Shown: positions 8,121 through 17,147 of the stretch, piece by piece
How the letters are laid out: every line of letters begins with the position of its first letter
Numbering within the stretch: position 1 is the first letter of the stretch
Notes under the pieces: generated by a model
Seen by the model: the letters and a program-made list of their open reading frames with translations, nothing else
What the model was told of the DNA's origin: nothing
Database searches by the model: none
From: a virus
Taxonomy: Duplodnaviria; Caudoviricetes
Direction: 5' to 3' (one strand)
IMG/VR virus record: IMGVR_UViG_3300047562_004402
Coordinates: 1-33,580 of that record
DNA: 33,580 nt
Translations under genes and position numbers: made by a program

Positions 8121-9798
8121 TTTTGCCACCTTTTGGCTCTGGAATTTCAGGTGCTTGCATACCTGTAGTTTCTATTCCAGGTTCTTGTGGTATTTCACCC
8201 ATTGCGTTAGGGTCCATATCTCCACCTTCTGGTTGTGCAATTGGATTTCCATTTTCATCAACAGGTGCATTTGGATCAGGAAGAATTCCTTTTTGTATCT
8301 CGTCATCAATTTGCATATCAATCTCAATAATTTCCAAATCAGTTTGACGTAGAATTCTCTTTCTAACATATTCTGTTGAAAAATATTTGCCAATATATGG
8401 CTCAATAGTAGCAAGAAGATTTAGTCTTCCTGAAAGCATTTCTGTCTCTTTTAATTCTGCAAATTGATTATCATACAGAAAATCATATTGAATATGATCT
8501 TCCATTTTTTTCCAATCTTCAGGTGATACAATATTTTTTAAAAGTAATTGTGTTCTTAAGATATCATTAAACAGTCTTGAAAATCTTTTTCTAAGTCTAC
8601 CTACAAATTTTGAAAACTTAAGTTCATCTCTTAAAATTTCTGAAGATCTGCCAAGATTAAATCCATCTCCACCACCAGCAATTCTTGTTTCCGGTACTCC
8701 AAGTGATCTGTAAAGTTTCTTTTGAAAGTACTCGATATCGGAAAGTTCTCCAAGATTTTGGCCACCAGGAAGGGTAGTAATTTCTGTCCCTCTACCACCC
8801 TCTCTACGAGGTAACCAGAAATCTTCAAGCATACTCATAAACTTTCTATCATCACGCACTTCACCAGTATTTGCATCATATACTAGTTTATTGCGATAGC
8901 GAGACATAACCTCCTTAAGGTATTGCTCAGCTTTTACTTTTGGTAAATTGCCTACATCAATATAAAAAATTCTTCTTTCTGGTGCTCTTGATAGACGATA
9001 AATTACAAGAGAATCCTCAATCATTCTTAACTGATTGAGTGCCTTAATTGCTTTATGAAGATAAGAAAGGCAAGTCCCATTATTTCTATCAAATAGTCCT
9101 GAGGTTACATAAGTAACTGAATCTTTTGCAATCTTGATAGATGCTTTAGGTCCTTTTCCAAATCCACCCATTGATGGACCTTTCATTGTGTAGATAAAAT
9201 ATTCGTTAATCTCCGGAAAATTAAATTGCTCTTTATCTTGACCTCGCAATAAAGGATTTCCCATAGTTTTTGCATCTTTAGGATCCTTCTTTTCTTCACG
9301 AACAAATTTCATTTTCATTGGATCAATATAGCGTAATTCCTGAATTCCATCCTCAGGCTTTTTTAAATCAATTACTTTAAGATAATACAGTCTTCCATCA
9401 ACATACCAACTTCTAAAAATTTCATGACTTTTTTTATCAAAATCAAGTAATTCTTTTACATATTTAAATTCTTCTCTAATAATTGATTTTAATTTATCAC
9501 TAGCATTTAAGTTTGATAATTCAATCTCAACAGGAGAATCATACAAGTCACTAACGATAGCCTCATTCACAACATCTTCAATTGCACCATCACACTCTGG
9601 GTGCAAAGACATTTCTCTATATCTACGAATTAAATCGTACTCAGTTCTATATACACCCTCAATATCAACATATTGACCATAAAATCCACTTTGAATATAA
9701 TAGTCAACCCCGTCCTCATTATTTTGAGGAACGGGGGAAACTATTGATTTGGATTTTTTTTCACTGTCCTCAATTGAAAAACCAAAGAGTTTTGCCAT
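8116..9798 (-). CDS. g20: Portal vertex protein gp20
   Basis: MAKLFGFSI, SYLHKAIKALNQLRMIEDSLVIYRLSRAPERRIFYIDVGNLPK, EDFWLPRREGGRGTEITTLPGGQNLG. Confidence 0.99.
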   Translation of the reverse strand: MAKLFGFSIEDSEKKSKSIVSPVPQNNEDGVDYYIQSGFYGQYVDIEGVYRTEYDLIRRYREMSLHPECDGAIEDVVNEAIVSDLYDSPVEIELSNLNASDKLKSIIREEFKYVKELLDFDKKSHEIFRSWYVDGRLYYLKVIDLKKPEDGIQELRYIDPMKMKFVREEKKDPKDAKTMGNPLLRGQDKEQFNFPEINEYFIYTMKGPSMGGFGKGPKASIKIAKDSVTYVTSGLFDRNNGTCLSYLHKAIKALNQLRMIEDSLVIYRLSRAPERRIFYIDVGNLPKVKAEQYLKEVMSRYRNKLVYDANTGEVRDDRKFMSMLEDFWLPRREGGRGTEITTLPGGQNLGELSDIEYFQKKLYRSLGVPETRIAGGGDGFNLGRSSEILRDELKFSKFVGRLRKRFSRLFNDILRTQLLLKNIVSPEDWKKMEDHIQYDFLYDNQFAELKETEMLSGRLNLLATIEPYIGKYFSTEYVRKRILRQTDLEIIEIDMQIDDEIQKGILPDPNAPVDENGNPIAQPEGGDMDPNAMGEIPQEPGIETTGMQAPEIPEPKGGKI

Positions 9799-9827
9799 TT
9801 TATAAATTTAACCGTTTACTGTTCTTT

Positions 9828-9835
9828 TATTTATT
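9828..9835 (-). promoter_or_regulatory. Late promoter AATAAATA overlapping the g19 stop, upstream of g20
   Basis: NATAAATA variant about 30 nt before the g20 ATG. Confidence 0.65.
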
Positions 9836-10445
9836 CAACATCAGAAACGATATCTTGATTTCCAAGATTTGCTGTTGTTTCAGAGTCACCAGCAGCAGCT
9901 TCCCAATAAAGAACTTGCATTTCTACTGTAAATTCTTGAACTGAATCTGTTCCATAATCTAAATCAATTTTAGAAACTGAAGTTGGATATACGTCATAGA
10001 ATTTATAATATCTAAGTGTATCTCCGTTTCTATCTAATTGATAGACAAATGCATTTGCCATGTAATTTGTTGGGTTAGTTTCACCTCTGTTACTAGCAAC
10101 ATTATTAATATAATTCATCCATCTCTCAAATGCTGTACGAAGTTTGAAATCAGTATCGTTAATAATTGTAATGGTCCATGTTTCAAATGTTCTATCGCCA
10201 GCAACATTTAATACCCTGCCTCTAAATTGCACAGGTAATGCAGTAACATTTGATGCAGGAAGTGCTGCAGATTTAATTAAAAATTTGCCAGTATTTACAA
10301 TATCATTTACTGCAGCAATGGGTGCATTAATTGGGAAACTTAATTCAACTTCAAAAAGATTGCTTCTAGCACCACCGCCAGTTAGAAAACTTTTAAACTG
10401 GCTAATTGTCTTAACTGTTGGAAAATTTGGTCTTGTTTCTGCCAT
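9831..10445 (-). CDS. g19: Tail tube protein gp19
   Basis: GGARSNLFEV, FRGRVLNVAGDRTFETWTITIINDTDF, IDLDY...QEFTVE. Confidence 0.97.
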   Translation of the reverse strand: MAETRPNFPTVKTISQFKSFLTGGGARSNLFEVELSFPINAPIAAVNDIVNTGKFLIKSAALPASNVTALPVQFRGRVLNVAGDRTFETWTITIINDTDFKLRTAFERWMNYINNVASNRGETNPTNYMANAFVYQLDRNGDTLRYYKFYDVYPTSVSKIDLDYGTDSVQEFTVEMQVLYWEAAAGDSETTANLGNQDIVSDVE

Positions 10446-10489
10446 TGTGTTTTACCTCTAGAATTGAAATAATTTGTTTAATAATATTC

Positions 10490-12925
10490 TTAGAAAGTTC
10501 CAATAATTTCTTCAAAGTTAACGCCAGTTTTAGTAGCGATAAAGGTCAATCCAATAAAGTTAATAGATCTTGTTGGCTTGATATAAATGTCAGCAATAAA
10601 CTCATTGTTATCAATAACTGCTGGAGTATTGTTTCTTTCGTCACAAACTACCAGGAAGTCAAAGATTCCTCTCTTAGCTTTTACATCACGAAGGAAAGGT
10701 TCAACAGTATTAATAAAGTTTTGTCTTGTCAATGTGTCATTGAATTCAAAGAGAACGTCCTTAGCACTACGTTCAATGGCTCTTTCAAGATAGATAAACA
10801 GTCTTCTAACATTAATTCTATCGAATGCAGAAGCTTTGGCATAACCAGTTTTGTCTCCAAATAGCACTACACCGGCACCTGGAGAGAAAATAATTGAATT
10901 AACTCTGTTTTGATATAGTCTATCTCTTTGCAATCTTCCTGGATTATATGGCAATTTAACTGCATTTAGAATTGCACCTCTTGCAGTTCCTGCTGGTGAG
11001 TACCATGGGAATTGATTAATATCAGTTCTTGCACAGAGACCAGCAATATCTCCATTTAATGGAACATATCTAAATGTATTATTAAATCTATCAAACATGT
11101 ATTTGTAACCACTATCAAATACTGCATATGTTGTAGATGCAACTGATGCATAGAAACTAACTATGTTATCAGTAATTGTTTCAGAATCTCTAATATTTGC
11201 TCCAGTTTGGGATGAGGTATCTGCGATTGCAGCACCTCTATATGGTGAAATAAATGCTACAGCATCTTTTCTCAGTTCAGCAATTGAGATTAATTTATTT
11301 GCAAGTGATTGTGCATCTTCTTTTGGATAAGCTGCGGATCCCATCAATAGAAAATCTATTTGTATTTCATCATTTTCAAATGAATCGTATCCAGAAGCAA
11401 TGTCGCCAACATTTACCTTAAGTGCTCCAGGTTCAGTAATATCTGATTTTCCATCATAATTTTTGCCACCTGATAAAATATATGTTCTAGAACCTATTGC
11501 ACCAAATGGAATTCCATCTGCATCTTGATCCCAATCAATATCAGTTTCTTTTTCGTAAGCTTCACCAAATCCTGTAGTAACAATTCCTCTCGGTCCAGAA
11601 AGTCCAAAAATATACTTTGAATTTGTAGTCAAATATTGTCTCCAATAGGATGGACTTCCTACTGAAAATACAGCTTTAGTTGCTTTTGAAAGGCCAATAT
11701 GCTTTTCAATAATAGAACCTGCATTGCCAGTAATGGCACCAGTTCCATCAATAACTAATAAGTGGAATTCATCAAATCTTCCCCCTCTATCTGCAGCCCA
11801 TTCTGTAGTTCCTGGTCTGTAAGTAATTCCGTCCCATCCAATACTTACTGACGTTGTAATTGCAACAGTCTGCTGCTCAAACCAATCGAATTTAGTTTGA
11901 ACATCCGTGGTAGCAACTGAAACACCAGAATTATTGATAATAGTTATTGGTGATGTGGTTTCAAATTCATAAGTTCCATTTTCTTCATAATCAACATTTG
12001 TTTCTACTCCATTTGAATTAACATAACTTAGAACTTTTACTGCAATATTGTCAGTTCCAACTTCAGTAATAATACCTTTTAAATAACCATTCAATGCCGA
12101 AGTACTTCCCGCTCCTGCAGAGATTTTTCCAACCATACTCTGAGTAACTCCATATCCTACAAGAATTGGATCTGAAGTATTTTCAGTAACTGTTTGGCCA
12201 AAATTAAATATACCATTTACAGTTGAGGTTTGTATATTTGCATTTGAAATTTGAATATATCCTACAAAAATATTTGTTACTGTTGTTCCTGATGGAAGTA
12301 CGTTTATTGTTGTAGTCTTAACTTCTTGTCCAATTTCAATTCCTAGTGTTGAAATTCCTATAGTTGATGCCGATCCAACTATAGTACCAGAAACTGGGCC
12401 TGTTGCAATATTGAATACATCTTCTTGTGTTAGTGTAGTAATTCCACTTAGTACTTGATCTGCAAAAGAGTCAATAATTGCAACTCTAATACCATTTGAC
12501 CAGGAGCCTGGGTTCTGTGCTGATACAAAAGTAGTTCCTAATGTATTAAGATCATAACCAAGTTCATTATAGTGATCTAAGCTCTTGATTTTTACACCAT
12601 CAGTAACACCACCACTAGTACCACCAACTGAAACATGGGAATTTTTTAGGCTTGCATCATCTGCACGAACAATTCGTAAATTTCCTCCATATGAAAGATA
12701 TGATGATGCTGTTAACCAATGCTCATAATGATTGTCTACACCATAAGGCTCACCAAAAATATTTAAAAGATCGTTCTCCGTATCAATTAAAGTTTGAACT
12801 TCTACTGGCCCCTTTGCAAAAGGTGCTACCATTGCACCAGTAATTGCTTCTGTTGGTCTTACAGCCCCAGTAGTTAAATCAACCTCTCTTACTAAAATTC
12901 CAGGAGATGCTAAATTAAGTGGCAT
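10490..12925 (-). CDS. g18: Contractile tail sheath protein gp18
   Basis: LASPGILVREVDLT, WYSPAGTARG, FGDKT, AFDRINVRRLF, FEFNDTLTR, IKPTRSINFI. Confidence 0.98.
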   Translation of the reverse strand: MPLNLASPGILVREVDLTTGAVRPTEAITGAMVAPFAKGPVEVQTLIDTENDLLNIFGEPYGVDNHYEHWLTASSYLSYGGNLRIVRADDASLKNSHVSVGGTSGGVTDGVKIKSLDHYNELGYDLNTLGTTFVSAQNPGSWSNGIRVAIIDSFADQVLSGITTLTQEDVFNIATGPVSGTIVGSASTIGISTLGIEIGQEVKTTTINVLPSGTTVTNIFVGYIQISNANIQTSTVNGIFNFGQTVTENTSDPILVGYGVTQSMVGKISAGAGSTSALNGYLKGIITEVGTDNIAVKVLSYVNSNGVETNVDYEENGTYEFETTSPITIINNSGVSVATTDVQTKFDWFEQQTVAITTSVSIGWDGITYRPGTTEWAADRGGRFDEFHLLVIDGTGAITGNAGSIIEKHIGLSKATKAVFSVGSPSYWRQYLTTNSKYIFGLSGPRGIVTTGFGEAYEKETDIDWDQDADGIPFGAIGSRTYILSGGKNYDGKSDITEPGALKVNVGDIASGYDSFENDEIQIDFLLMGSAAYPKEDAQSLANKLISIAELRKDAVAFISPYRGAAIADTSSQTGANIRDSETITDNIVSFYASVASTTYAVFDSGYKYMFDRFNNTFRYVPLNGDIAGLCARTDINQFPWYSPAGTARGAILNAVKLPYNPGRLQRDRLYQNRVNSIIFSPGAGVVLFGDKTGYAKASAFDRINVRRLFIYLERAIERSAKDVLFEFNDTLTRQNFINTVEPFLRDVKAKRGIFDFLVVCDERNNTPAVIDNNEFIADIYIKPTRSINFIGLTFIATKTGVNFEEIIGTF

Positions 12926-12960
12926 CTTTTTTTCTCCTACAAATCCAGAATATCTAAAAA

Positions 12961-12968
12961 TATTTATA
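12961..12968 (-). promoter_or_regulatory. Late promoter TATAAATA upstream of g18
   Basis: Exact consensus in the g17-g18 gap, about 35 nt before the ATG; SD AGGAG follows. Confidence 0.82.
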
Positions 12969-12979
12969 AATTATGACCT

Positions 12980-14680
12980 TTACAAATAGTCCCACATAAA
13001 ACTCCTATCACCATATTCATCAACATTCCAAATTTCCAATGTCTCTTGCTTATTGTTTTCATTAGCAATTAGCCATCTATCGCCGTTATAATTATCTACT
13101 ACAACACTTTCATCCAATCCATCGTCAATAAAACCAAAAGGTGCCATATCCTGTTCAATTTGATTTTTTTGCTCATCATAAATCCGTTTACGAACATCAT
13201 TATCCGTCATTTCCTTGAAGTAAGGTTGTGCTACCAACCAGGAAAAAATGACTAAGCACATCGCCAAATCATCATTGCAGCCTTCTTCTGCTTCAAATGA
13301 ATTGTGCTTTTGAATAAAAGTAGTAAGTTCACTAATAATATCATAATCGTTAATTACCAATTTATCGTCCTCAATTAATGTTTTTAAGTTGGAGCATCCA
13401 AGTTTTTTAACCGCTGAAGTCATTCTGACACCGAGTTGCGATTTCTTCCCACTAAATCCAGAACCAACAAGTTGTCCTGCCCTACCCCTCATAGAACACA
13501 TAAGTACATTGTCATATTCCAAATCAAAATGCAATATATTTGCTACTTGATCTCCAATATCATTAACCTCAATTAATACCCAAGCATGGTTGTAAACTTT
13601 TGCAATTTGATCTATAATGCTTGGGAATAGCATTGGCTTTATTTCATTATTTTTATATTTTGCAACCTGCCTATACGGGAAATTTGTAATATCAAAAACA
13701 ATAAAAGTTGAATAATCATTGCCAATACCTCTGGCAACATCAACGGTCACCATGTAATTATGGTCTTTAATTGGATTAACATAAACATCTAATCCCTTGT
13801 CTCTTCTAAGTGGGTCTTCATAAACTAAAGTTTTTAGTTTAGTAACACTAATAAGTGTATCAAGAGAACCTAAAAATTCACATTCAAACTCAACTTTAAA
13901 TTGCTGCTCTGAGGTATTGGCAATGGTTTGTGCCTTCCATTTTTCATCTCTTCCAGGAACTTCAGACCAATGAACATCAGTCGTAACATATTCATTTCTA
14001 TCTCTTTCTGCATCGTGCCACATTCGATAGAAATGATTCATACCGTGTGGGGTAGAAACTATAATAACTTTAGTCGATTTACCTGAAGTGATTGTTGGAT
14101 ATACTGATGCAAAGAATGAGTCTGCAATATGATTTGGTACGAAAGCAAATTCGTCCAAGAAAATAATATTGAATGACATTCCTCGGACGGCAGATGCTGA
14201 TGTAGATGCTGCAAGAATCTTTGAACCATTTTCAAGTTCAATAGAACCTTTGTTCCAAGAAATAACTCCTTGTTGCATCCATTTTGGTAGATTTTCATAT
14301 GCAGTTGCCAATCTACCTAGAAGTTCTCTAGCAGTTGCCGCCTTATTTGCTAGAATACCAATATTTACACTATCATTAAAAATTAGATAGTATAAAAGAT
14401 AAGCTATTACAGTTGTAGACTTTCCAGTCTGTCTGGGCATCTTGCAGATATTGAATCTGTATCTATGAAAATTATTAATTAATTTTTCTTGGAAATCATA
14501 TGGTTTGAATTGAACTAATCCTTCATCAAGAGAAACAATTTTTACATAATTATTTGCAAAGTAAATAGGGTCTTCTTTACATCTTAAGAACTCAAGAATT
14601 TGTTCTTCAGTAAATTCAATAGTGGTATTTATTTTTTTTAAATTTGGATTGCCTAAGTATACATTAGCATCTGCAGCCAT
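12980..14680 (-). CDS. g17: Terminase large subunit gp17
   Basis: YLGNPNLK, Walker A PRQTGKST, Walker B IIFLDEFAF, STPHGMNHFY, nuclease VDVARG..DYS and DDLAM. No intein visible. Confidence 0.98.
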   Translation of the reverse strand: MAADANVYLGNPNLKKINTTIEFTEEQILEFLRCKEDPIYFANNYVKIVSLDEGLVQFKPYDFQEKLINNFHRYRFNICKMPRQTGKSTTVIAYLLYYLIFNDSVNIGILANKAATARELLGRLATAYENLPKWMQQGVISWNKGSIELENGSKILAASTSASAVRGMSFNIIFLDEFAFVPNHIADSFFASVYPTITSGKSTKVIIVSTPHGMNHFYRMWHDAERDRNEYVTTDVHWSEVPGRDEKWKAQTIANTSEQQFKVEFECEFLGSLDTLISVTKLKTLVYEDPLRRDKGLDVYVNPIKDHNYMVTVDVARGIGNDYSTFIVFDITNFPYRQVAKYKNNEIKPMLFPSIIDQIAKVYNHAWVLIEVNDIGDQVANILHFDLEYDNVLMCSMRGRAGQLVGSGFSGKKSQLGVRMTSAVKKLGCSNLKTLIEDDKLVINDYDIISELTTFIQKHNSFEAEEGCNDDLAMCLVIFSWLVAQPYFKEMTDNDVRKRIYDEQKNQIEQDMAPFGFIDDGLDESVVVDNYNGDRWLIANENNKQETLEIWNVDEYGDRSFMWDYL

Positions 14681-14695
14681 TATAAATCTCCAATA

Positions 14696-14953
14696 TTATA
14701 GTATCACTGGATTATTATTTTTATCATACCTTTGATAAGTGCCGATACCAATAGGACTGTTATTTTTATCGTGTCTTACATATGATGAAACAATTCCTGG
14801 ACTGTTATTCATATCATGTCTCACATAGTCAACATTAAAATCTTCATAATAAATTGAAGACCATCCTTCAGTTCCAGTAAAAACACCTACAGTAGTAAAC
14901 CCTGGTTGAGAAACTACTGGATTATTATTCTTGTCGTGTCTAATGTAAACCAT
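14696..14953 (-). CDS. Hypothetical 85-aa protein with four YxR[HY]D[KM]NN[NS]P repeats
   Basis: YIRHDKNNNP, YVRHDMNNSP, YVRHDKNNSP, YQRYDKNNNP. Confidence 0.8.
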   Translation of the reverse strand: MVYIRHDKNNNPVVSQPGFTTVGVFTGTEGWSSIYYEDFNVDYVRHDMNNSPGIVSSYVRHDKNNSPIGIGTYQRYDKNNNPVIL

Positions 14954-14980
14954 ATGAATACTTAGTAATACTATTATATA

Positions 14981-15715
14981 TTAAGATAACTCATTATCTA
15001 TTAATAAAATATCAAAAGCTGCTGTGTATCTTCCATTATTGGTTCTTGTAGCAACTCTCACATCAATATCAGATTTTTCTGGTATTTCAATAGGGAATGT
15101 GAACTTATAACTATACTGACCACCAACTCCAGCAACTTCAAATGAATGTCCGATTCTGAATGCTAATTGACCAAAATATCTCACAAACATATTCCCTGTT
15201 CCATCAGCAGATGCTTGAGCAGTACATACACCCTGATAAAGGTATCCAGTCTTACCAGCAGGAATAGTATAAATTGCCATAAGAGTCTGACCTTTGGTGG
15301 CAGTAATCCTCAATACATCCGTTCCATTTTTAGTAAAATTCACATCACCAACATTATTGTCTCCTGATGAAATATATGCCCTGTATACACGACGAAATTG
15401 TGTAGTTCCTGCTACTGTTTGTGTACTTGATAGCGTAAAAGTATCTGATGCTGGATTAAAATCGTTATCCAAACCAAGAACTGTTACAACTTTTCCAGCA
15501 TCAGATACATTGGCAATTGAAGCAGTGATTATGCCAGAAGTAGTCCAAACACTCCAAGGATATAATGTATCATTTTTATCCCAAATAGTTCCAGTGGTAT
15601 TTTGAGACATCGCTGGTACAGCACCAAACTTGTGAATAATTGATGCTCCACGAACTTTTCCTCTGGAAACATTTAAATCAAATTGTTCATCCCAAATATA
15701 ACTTTTAAAAGGCAT
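14981..15715 (-). CDS. Hypothetical beta-rich phage protein (244 aa), possibly virion-associated
   Basis: Clean ORF, tightly packed in the operon, Thr/Gly/Val-rich. Contains IHKFGAVP..TIW..YPW, GQTLMAIYTIPAGKTGYL and PEKSDIDVR. Confidence 0.7.
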   Translation of the reverse strand: MPFKSYIWDEQFDLNVSRGKVRGASIIHKFGAVPAMSQNTTGTIWDKNDTLYPWSVWTTSGIITASIANVSDAGKVVTVLGLDNDFNPASDTFTLSSTQTVAGTTQFRRVYRAYISSGDNNVGDVNFTKNGTDVLRITATKGQTLMAIYTIPAGKTGYLYQGVCTAQASADGTGNMFVRYFGQLAFRIGHSFEVAGVGGQYSYKFTFPIEIPEKSDIDVRVATRTNNGRYTAAFDILLIDNELS

Positions 15716-15718
15716 AAT

Positions 15719-16036
15719 TTAAATCCACTCTAATTTTGCGGGATGATATCTTTTTGAGTTTGAAATGTTTAAATTTGATTTTGGTGTTGCTGGATATATG
15801 TTATGTACGATTGCACCCGGATATTCCCCTTGCAATTGCTCTGCAAGACCTTGTTTTGAAGGAATTCCTTCAGAAACTAATTCCAGTCTATAAATGCTAC
15901 CCATCCAAGTTATATCTGCAACATAACTCTCACCAACTTGTTGTTGTGTTGGTTCAGAACTGTTGATATAAAGATTTCCGTTGAAATCACCTTGTATATT
16001 TACCGCTTCTGATAGGAACTGTTTAAAGGATTTCAT
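15719..16036 (-). CDS. Hypothetical protein with N-terminal capsid-targeting-like sequence
   Basis: Start reassigned to ATG 16036 (MKSFKQFLSE|AVNIQGDFNG...). Resembles the T4 internal-protein CTS MKTYQEFIAE. Confidence 0.7.
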   Translation of the reverse strand: MKSFKQFLSEAVNIQGDFNGNLYINSSEPTQQQVGESYVADITWMGSIYRLELVSEGIPSKQGLAEQLQGEYPGAIVHNIYPATPKSNLNISNSKRYHPAKLEWI

Positions 16037-16041
16037 TCTAA

Positions 16042-17133
16042 TCACCACTTAACTTCGTTGGCCCAGTATGCTGGGAACATTTTACCCTTAGCAATATTCT
16101 CAGCATGTCTTTCTTTAAATCCATTTCTTCTATTTGCATCTGCTTCAGATTCTCCTTCTTTTTTAGGAGAACCCTTCACACCAACCTGCCCGAAACGAAT
16201 AATCTTTTCCTCCCCACCTTCACACGCTTTAACAACATGAGACTTTCCTTGCTCACCAGAACCATGTGCTTGTGCTTTAGGGGAGTTGCATTTCATTGAG
16301 GACTTATCAATCGCTTCTTGCATGAATTGTCCAAAAGTTTTAAAATCATAATGTGCCAGATCAGTTTTGTTTTTTCTTTTTACCAATGGCAATTTTGGTC
16401 CAGTTTTGTTTAAAAATGTTTCTTTTTCATATGGATTTGTGGTTTCTTTTCCTTTATTGTATATTTTTTGAATTTTCTGCACATTTTTATGTCCGGGTCC
16501 AATATCAAAACTAATACCTTCATTATGCATTTCACCACTGTCAGCGTAGTCTGCTGCAGTGTCGATATAATCTGCTGCCCTTGTAATCTTTGATTGTACC
16601 CAAGCGGGAAGATTGCCTTCCCCCTTGACTTTTCCTTTTAGTCTCTTTGCTGCAGAAATAATTTTTGAAATTTCTGCCCTTGCCATTGAGTGCTCATGAT
16701 CCCTTTCTTCCTTCATAGCACGTAGTCTCCTTCTTTCCTCATCTTGGCGTGCAATCTGGGCGTCAATTAATTTTTTTGCTTGTTCTTTAGTCTTTTTAGA
16801 AGAAACCCATCTATCATCGGCATTTGGCTTAGGTCTACGCCTTCTCTTATGTGGCAAAAGTAAAAATATTTCATCAATTGAAGATTCTTCATCAACACAA
16901 TTTGGAACTTCTTTTCCACCCTCCATTTTAGTAGATGGGTTTCCAATTTTTTTGTTTTTCCAACACTTACTAGCACCTACGTTTTTTCTTGCTTGCGTAA
17001 GTCCTTCTCCAATATCTAAAGTTTCTGGATATCCTTTTTCTCCTGGACGGGAAGCTCTTTCTCCACGTCTTCTTTTTGCATGAATATTATCCCACAAACC
17101 TTTTTTCTTTCCCTCAGTAATCATCTTCGCCAC
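16042..17133 (-). CDS. Modular basic protein (about 360 aa), candidate internal head polyprotein; C-terminal DUF6321-like module
   Basis: Short modules: GLWDNIHAKRRRGE; CW...VPNCV; EHSMAR...LPAWVQSKITRAADYI; KSHVVKAC..IIRFGQ..RHA...YWA..KW. Start is GTG 17133 or ATG 17124. Confidence 0.65.
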   Translation of the reverse strand: MAKMITEGKKKGLWDNIHAKRRRGERASRPGEKGYPETLDIGEGLTQARKNVGASKCWKNKKIGNPSTKMEGGKEVPNCVDEESSIDEIFLLLPHKRRRRPKPNADDRWVSSKKTKEQAKKLIDAQIARQDEERRRLRAMKEERDHEHSMARAEISKIISAAKRLKGKVKGEGNLPAWVQSKITRAADYIDTAADYADSGEMHNEGISFDIGPGHKNVQKIQKIYNKGKETTNPYEKETFLNKTGPKLPLVKRKNKTDLAHYDFKTFGQFMQEAIDKSSMKCNSPKAQAHGSGEQGKSHVVKACEGGEEKIIRFGQVGVKGSPKKEGESEADANRRNGFKERHAENIAKGKMFPAYWANEVKW

Positions 17134-17147
17134 AGTCGAAACTACTT

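Noticed and set aside
12980-14680. Possible intein, intron or homing endonuclease in terminase (also considered for g20, g23 and uvsW)
   Set aside because: Lengths are normal, motifs are contiguous, and no splicing or LAGLIDADG/HNH motifs are seen.
14696-14953. Repeats as a CRISPR mini-array or DGR template/variable pair
   Set aside because: The repeats are short, degenerate at synonymous sites, irregularly spaced and in frame. No cas or reverse transcriptase gene is in the window.
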